Below, piece after piece: positions 25,767-36,494 of a stretch of 64,000 nucleotides of DNA. The stretch's first letter is position 1. Each line of letters begins with the position of its first letter. Below the pieces are notes generated by a model. It ran no database searches. It was not told the DNA's origin and worked only from the letters and a program-made list of their open reading frames with translations. Origin of the DNA: Mesotaenium endlicherianum (taxonomy: Eukaryota); contig WELA01003597.1 in NCBI GenBank assembly GCA_009602735.1, positions 1-64,000 on the forward strand. The letters run 5' to 3'. A program made the position numbers and the translations under genes.

Positions 25767-26350
25767 GTCGTTTGGCGTCGCAGGTACACGAAGTCACCTG
25801 CGGAAAACTGCAACACCCGAGGACGATAGGCTCCTTCACGTGTCATGGCGTACCTCAGCGTGTCAAGATGCTGAGTGATATTGAGGTTGTCCATGGCCAT
25901 GGGCATCAAGCGCTGGACTAGCTGTGCACGCTGCCCGATAAGAGCCCTCCATGTGTCGGGACTATCGAAGTCCAGAACACTCTCAGCGACGGTCCTGGCT
26001 GCGGCTGGCAGGATCGGCTGGCGTCCATGAAGGAGAAAGTAGGGAGAATGCGAGGCCAAGGGGGCCTGGCGACTGAACCTGTATCCTATCGCCAACCACG
26101 GGAGTGCGTTGTCCCAATGGGTGCTGCTGTGGATCAGGCAGTACTTGCGTAGCCCCACCTTGACGGTCTGCACCATGCGCTCTGCAAGGCCGTTAGCCAG
26201 GGGGTGATCGCGGGAGGTGGTGCGGTGGTCAATCATGGAGCGCTCTAGCAGCTTCTGGAAGCTGCCCTGGAACTCCTTCTCCTGGTGGGTCAGCACCTCA
26301 GCGCAGCCGTCAAGACGGTTAAGGATCTGATCCAGGATCGCCTGAGTGAT
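25767..26350 (-). repeat. Ectopic duplicate of the integrase core (diverged copy of ~22828-23410)
   Basis: Direct nucleotide colinearity. AEVLT..HPLANGLAERMVQTVK..GDFVYLRRQT is in frame with the MTase. Confidence 0.9.
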
Positions 26351-27225
26351 GCCATCCACCCGGGTCAAATGCGGCGGGAAGCCCATGGCGCGCTCCATTT
26401 CTATGACGCGCGGCCGCTTGTAGAGGCCAGAGGAAAGGTCAATGAGCATGCCGCGAACCGCGCTGATGTAGACGGCGCTGTCGTAGTGGCTGACGAATGT
26501 TGGCAGGGCGCGCGTGACATCACCGAGCACCTCACACTGGGCTTGCGATGGATGGGGCAAAGCTGTAACGAGCTGGGCCAGCCGTGTGACGTCGAGGATG
26601 GAGTCGACGTTGCGGGCGTGGCGTGGGTGCGCGGCGGCGAGGGCCTCCAGCGTGCCTGGCATGGCTAGGTTGGTGAAGTAGGCGCGCACGCGGTGGGTGA
26701 AGGACCCAACCTGCGCGGCGTTGATGACGGCCTCGCGTCTGAGGTAGCTGCTGCAGAGCTCAAAGTTGGCGCGAACATTGGCGCGCTCGTCGTTGCGCAC
26801 CGCCACATTCTCCAAGACCCACGCAAAGGAGTGAGGTGGCTGGCGCGCCTCAACCACTGTGAGGACGCAAAGAAGGTGCCAGAAGAGCGCCGTGCGAGGG
26901 TCACTGAGGGCACCACCGCGGCCTGCGATGGAGAAACCCGGGCACTCCCAGCCAGCAATGACGAGATCCACGGGGCCGAGGCGAGTCACGTGCTCGTCGG
27001 TGATGTCGCGGACGTCCAATGGCTAGTCGGTCTGCGCGTAGCGAAAAGCGCAAGTGAGAAATAGGTCGGGGAAGCGCTTGTGACAGAGGGCCATCTGGCG
27101 TCGGGCAACTTGCTGCGCCTTAGGTTCAGGGTCGACGTAGACGTAACGTTGGACGGGAATGCCAGCCTACAAGGTAGCCAGCAACCCAGTGGCGATGTTG
27201 GCAAACAGCTCCACCAGGACGATGC
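26350..27225 (-). pseudogene. C5 DNA cytosine methyltransferase domain, DNMT3-like motifs (element 2)
   Basis: LVELFANIA (degenerate motif I), DVRDITDEHV..LGPVDLVIAGWECPGFS (III/IV), LENV (VI), HRVRAYFTNL (VIII), EMERAMGFP (IX). Motif X is replaced by the integrase duplicate. Confidence 0.92.
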
Positions 27226-28237
27226 CGCCAGACGGCTCATCCAGCTGGTCCGTGTAGATTGGCGTTGGCGGTGGGCAAAGGCCTATAGCAAGATTGCTTG
27301 GCTCCGCCGTTGGCGGGTACGTACGGGCCACGCTGTACTGGTGAGGGGCCATGCGGAGTGCAGCGACTGCACGGTTGGCGTAGTCGCGCGTAAGAAGCAA
27401 AAGAGGTCCAGCCAGTGGCTGAGGCTGGTCGACGCGCGCGTGAGCCTGGTACTGTCGCCACCTGTCCTGAGCGTCCTGCAGGATGTGAAAGCGTAGAGGT
27501 GTCAAGCGGGACTGGGCCATGCGCACGCAGGTGAGCTGCCACCTGCGCCTAGCCTTGCGGTCCTGCGCATGAGAGGCTGCGTACGCGAGCTGGTCCATCA
27601 CAAGGCGCTGTGGCAGGTACGGGTGTGGGTCGTAGAAGGCCTGCTGGCGGTGGTGGAACGGGAGGTCCACTGGGTTGGCGCTGCCGGCGGGCTTCGTGTC
27701 GTATATGAAGTGCCGGACGCGCACTGGCTAGCAAGGCGCCAGCTGCACCTGGGCATGGGGTTGCGGGTGGAGCGGCAGCTGATCGTTTGGACGCCGGTAG
27801 CGGCGCGCCAAGTCGTCGACGGCTGCAGATCGGCGGCCAGGCCTAGAGTCGCATGCGCGGCTGCTGGTGTGGGCCACCTTTGAGGGAGGCAAGCTGCCAG
27901 GCCCGTCTCTGGCAAAGTGACTGCGAGGGAGCGCTGGCCGTCGATCGTAGAGCGCGTGGGTGGCGTACGTGGTGGACTGCGGGGCATCCTCACGACCGTC
28001 CACCTCGCAGTACGGCGGGGTGGCTGCTCGATCACGGCTGTCGCGGTAGGGTGGAGTGGCGGCTTGATCTTGGGTATTGCGGTAAGGCGGCGTGAGAGAC
28101 CGAACACGTCTGGGCGGGGGCGTGAGATTGCGCTCGCTGCGCAGACTGCGCCTGAGCTGCGGCCAGGTGACAGCTCCCAGCCTGCCGCGTAGTCCGCGTT
28201 CCGGCTCTGGACGGATGACTGAGCACACAACGGGTAC

Positions 28238-28731
28238 TGTAGTGAAACAGATAGATTAAGTACTTATTAAAATAGAATACTTTATCTATTCAAGACAAGG
28301 ATCTTTGAACACAAGTGGTAGCTTCTTGAAAGAGAGATGGCTTCTTGAAAGTTAATGTATTTCTGGAATTTGGCACGTACAAGAGTGATCTGGAATGTCT
28401 TTCTCTGTTCTAGCTCTTGTTTATATACTTGTTACATGAGTAATTTCTAGAAAGGTGTATGTTGATGTGTTGGCACCCGACACATCCCAAAACTTGCCAC
28501 CTCTTTCTAGAATAATGTACACGTGTCCTTTTGACCTAAAAATGGCACATTTGACTTTTGCCACATGGAGTTCTTCTAGGTCCTTCCTCTAACTTCAAAA
28601 ATAAGGTTCAAAGGACATAAACCAAGTCATTAGAGTACCTATTCACACTTGAATCCACACAATACTACTCCATATATATTTGAAAATATTAAAATATATG
28701 CAACTAATATATTATAACTCAAATTACTACA
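28238..28731 (-). mobile_element. Solo LTR (family Y) inserted in element 2
   Basis: TGTAGT...ACTACA with 5-bp TSD GGTAC (28233-28237 and 28732-28736). Reverse-complement homologue of 40353-40855. Strand is relative to that copy. Confidence 0.92.
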
Positions 28732-30559
28732 GGTACGGCGGTCATCGCTGTGTCGGGTGTGCTAACAACCGCGCAAGCCGCGCTGGCGCGCGCGTCGGAG
28801 GTGGCGGAGGTAGCAGCGGGGAAGACGCGAGAGCTGGACATGTCATCTTGGGCACCTCTGCCATACAGCCTGTGCGTGAGGTCGCGACAGCTGGCGTCGG
28901 TCGAGCAATCATGCTCGGGTCGACATCGTGGGCCTGCAGCACAGCGGTAGGCTTTGCCAGACCTGGCGGACGCATGCCGGCTGAACCTTGGCGGGCCGAC
29001 CAAAGAAGAGCAGCCGAACCATCTGGGGGTCCTGTCAGTGTGCTGAAGCCTGGGGGTCCTATGGGCCTACAACGGATGCGAGCAACGAGGGTGACGGACC
29101 GCGCCTGTAACCCAGTCGGCTCCTCATAGAACTCCTCTGGCGCGCTTTCATACGACTCGTCGTTAGTCAGCGGATTGTAGGCCGCCTGACGCATGGTGGC
29201 CTCCTCCAAAGCGGTTGTGCGGTGGTCAGAGTCGTTTGTGTGCATCGACAGCGAAGGTGGCCGGGACGCCATCCGAAACTGCATGGCCACTTCAACTGGC
29301 ACCTCTTGTCGCAGGCGGACGTCGGATCGGGCGTCGGACGAGCGAGCTCTCTTACGAGGAGGCGGCGTCGAGGCGAGCGGTAGGCTCCTGCCTGCAACAG
29401 CGGCGAGGNAAGGTTCAAAGGACATAAACCAAGTCATTAGAGTACCTATTCACACTTGAATCCACACAATACTACTCCATATATATTTGAAAATATTAAA
29501 ATATATGCAACTAATATATTATAACTCAAATTACTACAGGTACGGCGGTCATCGCTGTGTCGGGTGTGCTAACAACCGCGCAAGCCGCGCTGGCGCGCGC
29601 GTCGGAGGTGGCGGAGGTAGCAGCGGGGAAGACGCGAGAGCTGGACATGTCATCTTGGGCACCTCTGCCATACAGCCTGTGCGTGAGGTCGCGACAGCTG
29701 GCGTCGGTCGAGCAATCATGCTCGGGTCGACATCGTGGGCCTGCAGCACAGCGGTAGGCTTTGCCAGACCTGGCGGACGCATGCCGGCTGAACCTTGGCG
29801 GGCCGACCAAAGAAGAGCAGCCGAACCATCTGGGGGTCCTGTCAGTGTGCTGAAGCCTGGGGGTCCTATGGGCCTACAACGGATGCGAGCAACGAGGGTG
29901 ACGGACCGCGCCTGTAACCCAGTCGGCTCCTCATAGAACTCCTCTGGCGCGCTTTCATACGACTCGTCGTTAGTCAGCGGATTGTAGGCCGCCTGACGCA
30001 TGGTGGCCTCCTCCAAAGCGGTTGTGCGGTGGTCAGAGTCGTTTGTGTGCATCGACAGCGAAGGTGGCCGGGACGCCATCCGAAACTGCATGGCCACTTC
30101 AACTGGCACCTCTTGTCGCAGGCGGACGTCGGATCGGGCGTCGGACGAGCGAGCTCTCTTACGAGGAGGCGGCGTCGAGGCAAGCGGTAGGCTCCTGCCT
30201 GCAACAGCGGCGAGGAGCTCGTGGGCCCTAGCGGCTGTGGCCACTGCCGTGGCAGAGACGTCGGCGACGGCGGTCGCTGCTGCTGTAATCTGGCGCATTG
30301 CGGCGTGCTGTGCTGCATAAATGTGCACAAACTCGTGGGTCTGCGCTGTCAGCAGCTCCGCCTGCTGCTGTGGGGTAAGGCGGAGCTCCGCCCTCGATAG
30401 CTCCGGCTCCTCACCCTGGGGCTGGAGCAGGTCGGCCCCGACCAAAACGTTGTCCTCCTCTGAGCCACCTTTGCGCGTCTGGGTGACGCCGTGCCGGTCC
30501 TCGTCGTCGCCGAGCGCGACGAAGCCGTAGAGAATTGCTGACGTGGGTCGCCGGTCCAG

Positions 30560-30930
30560 GATGTCCAGCGGCAGTGAGGCCTTGTGCGTACCACCTGTGC
30601 GCCAGTCGGGCCGATAGTGTGCCCGCTCCGTCCAGTTATCCACCGCGGCTTCAATGGGGAAGAGCACGTCCTGCCCCAAGAGGACGTCGAAGGTGTCAGA
30701 GCGCGTCACGAGCGCGTGACGATGTATCGTCGTCTCATCCTCGGTCCCGGGCCAAAAGTTGAAGACGAGCGCCAGCCAAGTGCGCCCCATCACGGACTCG
30801 GATGTACCAGTCGCAGTGTTAATCCGCATGGGCAAATCCTCCAGATCAGCTGAGGAGAGACCCAGCTGCCAGAGATAGCTGTGACTGATCAGAACTGGCA
30901 GGGCGCCGGTGTCAAACATAATGCGCTGAG
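30560..30930 (-). pseudogene. Aspartic protease (element 2)
   Basis: MFDTGALPVLIS ... FDVLLGQDVL. Confidence 0.85.
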
Positions 30931-32779
30931 GGGCCTACTTGTTAACCAGCACGATCCCTTGCGCGTTGTCCATAAATGCAGCGTTAGGGCTGCTGATCAA
31001 CCTGCGCTTGTACGGGGGTCGGGCGGGAGCTGAGAGCATCGCAGTGGAAGCTCCTACTGTCGGCCTATCTGTGCCCATGCGCGCACCAAGAGCGCGGGAA
31101 CGAAGCATCAGCTGGGTGGCCTGCCGGGTCGCCTACAGCGTCACCCCGAGCTTAGCAAAGGACACCGTTGGCATGCGTTGCAGCGCCAGCGATTGCACCT
31201 CGGCGTTGAGCTGCACCGCCATCACTGGAGAGACGAGTGCGTGCAATGTCGGCGAGACTGGCGCTGCTGGCGGGTCCAGGACGCAAAAGGAGCGGGGCAG
31301 ACGCGGGGCTTCCTCCGTACGCCATCCCTGGTCGGGACCATTGCGCTTGGGTGTGCCTGCTGCTCGCCCTGCAGCCGCCACGAGTGTGCGCTCGCGAGTC
31401 GCCTCGTGCGCTGCCGGACCACTACCAAGTGGCCGTGTTCGTGCGCAATAGACTAGGTCTTGGGACGGCGCGGCTGTCCTCCCTGGCGCACCTGGCGCCG
31501 CTGCGAGCAAAACTGCCAATGCAAACTCTAGCGATGGCGCTGGCGCCCTGGCGAGGATGGGCACCTTTGTGGGAACTGGCGCAGGCGTTGGCACGGCGGC
31601 AGGGTCTAGAGGGACCTCTGCTGGGCCGCCAGGTGGCGCTCCAGGGTCGCTCCCGAGGCGGACTAGGCGGGCTGCCACTCCGTTGGCGCTCTCGCTTGCA
31701 TGGGCTCCGTGCGATGCTCGGGCGTCTCGTTTCCGAGCGAGAGGATCCTGCGCAGCCTCGACAGCGCAGCTTGCACGGATGCCGGGGTTTTGTGCGCAGC
31801 CAGGATTTAAGCCCTGGCTGAGCGACGTCGTGCCCGAGCCGTCCGGCGGCTCCCCGATGATTGGGTTGTACAACGAGGTCGGGAATGCCCCCCCCTGATG
31901 GGTGATGGCGGCCCCCTCTGCCGTCCGCGCACGTGCCGGTTCGAGACACATGCGCGCGCCAAGTGGCGGCACCTGGGAGCAGCTGCTAGGTGGAGCTGCG
32001 CAGGCTGGCGTGCCAGAGGCGAGGAGACCAAGTCGCCGGAACAGACCTCGCGTCGCCGTCCCTGGCGCCTGGCCACAGGCGATGTTGCCGGTGCTGGTGC
32101 GTGGCACCACGGATGTCGTACGCGAGCCACGTGGCGCCAGCTGCTAGAACCTGCTGCTGGCAAACAGCAGCAGGCGGCTGTGTTCCTGCAGCTCAATCGT
32201 GCGCAGGTCTGCACACGCGTGCGCGGTGCGAGTGCCGCAGCTCGTCGCGGCCTGCGCAGCTGTCTGGCGGGCTCGCAAGGGGACGTCAACTGTTGCTGGG
32301 CCGGACATGGTCGGCCTGCTGTCAACAGCAAGGCCGGGCAGGCCAGGGTCGTCGCCGGCGTAAATGCTGACTGCGCTGGCTTTGGGGTCGGCTCGTTGCA
32401 GGGGCGGACTGTGGCATCGGTTGGCTGGGCTATGCCGGATGGACATTTGCCGGTTATCTGCCAATTGGGTCGCTCCCGCCTGCCACTGGCAGCAGCCTGG
32501 GCGGGGAGCGTGCAGCTGGTAGGGGCGTACAGCGCTCCGCACGCGTCGTAGCCGGCGCTTGCGTCGCAAGCGTGTAGGCGGGCGATCTCGGCCTCGGCCG
32601 CTAATAGCGCGTCGCTGAGTGCGTCGTAGCTGCAGTGGTCCTCGCTGGGCGTCATCACGGCGTTGGTCGTGGTTGTGGCCGCTGTCATCGGGCCGTCCGT
32701 CAGTGCGCGGATTGCGCGTGCCCTGCTGGCCTGCCGCGTCGGAGGTTCCGTCCCGAGCGCGCCCGTTCTCAAGGTCGCG

Positions 32780-33862
32780 CTTCTTTTAAAGGCAGACGAT
32801 CTGCAGGTGGCCGGCTTTGCCACATTAGGTGCAATCGCCAGGCTTGCTGTTCTGCGCGAGCGTGCAGTCACGGCGAGAGTGGCCCATCTTCCCGCAAGAC
32901 CAGCAGGGGTCGCTCGTTGTGGCGGCCATAGAGATACGGCCACGCGGAGCTCCGCGCTGCTGAGTTTGCTGGGGCAGCTGCGAGCGCTGCGGCTGCTGCT
33001 GGGGCTGGCGTGCAGGGACTGGTCACATCGTGGAAGATGGCAGCACCGCAACCTCCTGTCGTACGCCTATGGATGCGAGGCCGACACGGTTGCTGATGTT
33101 GCTCCGTGTGGCTGCCAGGCTTTGCTTCTCAACTGAGAGGTAAGCGTCCTCCAGTGAATATTTGGAATCCTTGCGGTCGATGAGGGGGACGATAGCTCTC
33201 TCCCTCAGACGCGGCTCCACGGCACGCAAGAAGACCTCCGCTGTCTCTCGGTCAGTGACCGTGCCCACGTCTCTGCGCAGGTGGGTCAGACGTTGGTACA
33301 TCATGCAAATCGTCTCGTTCTTGCGACGGAAGAAGTGGTGCAGCTCGAACACCTTCTCCTCTGTGGCGGCCTGGAACTCTTGTCTAAGGACGTCTCAGAA
33401 GGCCTGAACTGGGTCAGCTAGTGGGTCTGAACGTCCCCCAACAGCTCTGTTCACGTGAGGATCTTGGCTGCCTTCTCTCGGTAGATGTCGCGAGCCTCGT
33501 AGAGAAGACGTAACGCATGAGCGTGCCAAACACCTGGCACTTAGTGAGCGCGGGCGTCTTGAGCTTAGCGTTCTCGAATTCAGCCTCAAACTCAGAGATA
33601 GTGTTGTGCAGATCACAGGTGCCTGGCCTGCCGCTGAAGCGGAAGAGAAAGGCCCTGTCTACCTTCATATCCTGGTTACCATGGAGTACAAGGGATCGTA
33701 GTGAGTCCACTGTAGAGGTGGCTCGTGGACGGCCATAGGCTGAGGGGGCACCGGGTGCTCCTCCTTAGGGGGATCAGTGATGGTACTGAGATTTGAGTCT
33801 GCGTCCTCGCCACTAACCCCTTCGTAGTAAGGCTCATAAGATAGCGCACTACGGGTAGGCAT
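32780..33862 (-). pseudogene. gag with two CCHC knuckles (element 2)
   Basis: CWSCGKMGHSRRDC (~32863-32905) and CT*CGKAGHLQIVC (~32792-32833). FSGR and FFRRKNET blocks are shared with element 1 gag. Confidence 0.8.
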
Positions 33863-34661
33863 ACGCTGAAGTCCCTAATTGCTTGCAGGCAAAGAGAGAT
33901 CTTTCTAGAAGTAGGGAGTGTGTACTCTCCAAAGAAAGCACCTCAAGACTGTGATCTGGTAGGAAAACAACTGATGAAGTCTGGCCCAAAAGATCACTGG
34001 AAGCACATCGTGATCTTCAAGAGTAGTCCTATGGCAGGGTTTAAGCTGTAAGCTATATACTCCCTGCAAAACCGGCGCTGAAGGTGGCGGATTCAAAGCA
34101 CACAATCACACTAGGAGGCTCTCCTAGGTCCACAAAAGTGAAGGTAAGGCAAGTACTAGCTTTCCTATTGGCTAAGCACAACAGACACCAATCATATATA
34201 GTGCAAAGAAGAGAATGCATGACTCTCGTTAGCAGAGTTAACCTCGACCAATGCTACCTAGATAATGCCTCAAAAGTGGATCTGAAACGTAAGGTCAACT
34301 TCCTCTAGGAATGAGTGATGCAGTCACCAAGTTATAGCTCTAATGGTGCTCATATACTATGCTAATGCATGCTAAGTGTACTTTATCAAACTCGCGGATT
34401 TGTGTGCTAATAGCTAGAGGTCCTTGAAGTCGCGAAGAGCCAACAATGTGACCTTTGGGCACATTGAGTCACAAAGTGGCCTTCGGTGAAGTCCACTAGG
34501 GGCCGGTAGGTGGCGCGGACTAGATCGCGAATATCTCGCTCGACACTTGACCAAATGGCGCGTATTGCGTGAAGCAAGGTCAAAATCTGCCCTCCTAGGT
34601 CGACGATCGACGCAAGTGTGTCTCGGCTGGGGCGATGGTCCCGACCTAATGAGTCATGACA

Positions 34662-36490
34662 ACAATTCGAAAGTCAGGACTAAAACGCTTACATTTGAGG
34701 TACTCAACACTGGCTCTTATGATCTCGTGCTAGGCAGGTCCTGGCTTAACAGACATCAAGCTCAAGTGTGTTGGAGCAGAGGTACAGTTAAAGTGAGAGG
34801 AGCTAGTGATGGGCAGACTAACTTGGCACCCACCAGTGCTCTTCCTCTTGTCCTGTATGGATGGCAAATGAAGGAAAAGAAGAGGCTTCCAAGAGGATGC
34901 AAATTGTTGAATGCAATGGAGTTCATCAAAAGCTGGAACCAGAAGGAAGACAAAATGGTCTGTCTGCTCCTAAAAGAGGTACCTCTTCAACCTAAAGAAG
35001 TGGTTGAAAAAAAGGTGAGCCCTCTGGAGCACCCTACTGCTGCAAAAATTGTTGCTCAGTATACTTATTTTATTAACATGCCTCCAGGATTGCTCCTTAA
35101 GAGGGCAGTAGATCTTAAGATTGATTTATTACCTGGGAGTCAGCCACCCTGGCAACGCACTTATGGCTTGTCAGATGTGGAGAGCGATGAGTTGAAAACA
35201 CAGATTGCAGAGCTGGAGGAAAATGGTCACATTTCTCCCAGTAAATCACCTTGCGGCGCACCCATCATATTTGTAAAGAAGAAGGATGGCAGTATGCGTA
35301 TGTGTGTGGATTCCAGAGCTCTTAACAAACTTACAGTGTAGAACAAGTATGCTTTACTCAGAATCGAGGACTTGCTTGATACCTTATCTGGTGCTGAAGT
35401 GTTCAGTAAGATAGATCTCAAGAGTGGTTATCATCAAATCAAAATTGCCGAGGAAGATGAACACAAGACTGCCTTTTGCACACGTTGTGGACACCATGAG
35501 TTTAATGTGATGCCATTTGGCCTGAGTAATGCTCCTGCAACCTTCATGGGTGCTATGAATGACATTTTCGGGCCTTACTTGGATTAGTTTGTGCAAGTTC
35601 TCGAGGATGATATCCTAATTTTTCCTAAAAATGAAACTTAGACAATAATGGACACTCTAAGAAAGAATCGGTTATATGCTAAGTGTGAATTTTTTAAGGA
35701 GAGTATTGAATTTTTTAGGACACATTGTGAGTGAGGAAGGCATCAGGTTGGATCCCAAGAAAGTCTAGACCATAAGGGACTGGCCAGCACCACAGTCTGT
35801 CGCGGTAGTTAGATCATTCCTCGGGCGGGCTAATTTCTATAGGCGATTCATTGAGAATTATTATACAAAGGCCAGTAAATTGACTGACCTTACTAACGAC
35901 ATAGGGTATGTGTGGGGGAAAGAGCAGCAAGCCTTTCAGACCCTTAAAGATGCTCTCTTTTCTGCCCCAGTCTTAGCTGTGTATGACCCCATCAAACCTG
36001 TGCAGGTAATTACTAATGCTTTTGACTTTGCCTTGGGTGCTATTTTGTTGCAGCCTGCTGACAAAACCACAAAAGATTGTAAGGTAAAGCAAGAGTGGCA
36101 CCCTGTGCTGTATGAATATATGAAATTTAATCCAGCTGAGATTAATTATATTGTGCGTGATAAAGAGCTGCTGGCTATCATACATGTGTTCAAACAGTAT
36201 AGAGCATAATTCCATGAAAAAGCTTTCAAGGTAATTACAAATCATATAGCACATAATTACTTTCAGAAGAAATCCAAGCTGTCGAGGAGGGAGAACCGCT
36301 GGAGCCAGATGCTGGAGCAATTCCAAGTCCAGAATGACTACAAACCAGGGAAGTTGAATCCTGATGATGCACTCTCTAGAAGACCTGACTTGCAAGACAG
36401 TTTTACAACCATGTAGTATGCCAACATGGGCTACCCTCCAATATTATCTCGGGCAGAGAACCAAAATTCACCTCTAAAACCTGGAGAGCT
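34662..36490 (+). pseudogene. Family X pol: protease C-half, RT, RNase H, start of integrase core
   Basis: [62 protein letters not shown]. The integrase zinc-finger region is deleted. Confidence 0.92.
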
Positions 36491-36494
36491 TTAA

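Larger units (their letters stand above)
22301..34661 (-). mobile_element. DNMT- and PHD-encoding Ty3/Gypsy-like retroelement 2, no long terminal direct repeat, 4-bp TSD ACAA
   Basis: Minus ends TGTCATGAC...GCACAACA. ACAA at 22297-22300 and 34662-34665. Removing the insert restores the host X frame [19 protein letters not shown]. Confidence 0.9.

Noticed and set aside
15400..27225. Bacterial restriction-modification system or contamination
   Set aside because: The MTases are embedded in Gypsy pol on a scaffold with spliced plant genes, and no endonuclease is seen.
28603..30215. 807-bp-period tandem duplication (28603-29408 / 29410-30215)
   Set aside because: The near-identical copies are separated by a single N at 29409, which is typical of an unmerged contig overlap.
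27549..33136. Numerous overlapping antisense and alternate-frame ORFs
   Set aside because: Expected in GC-rich sequence with few stop codons; no motifs.
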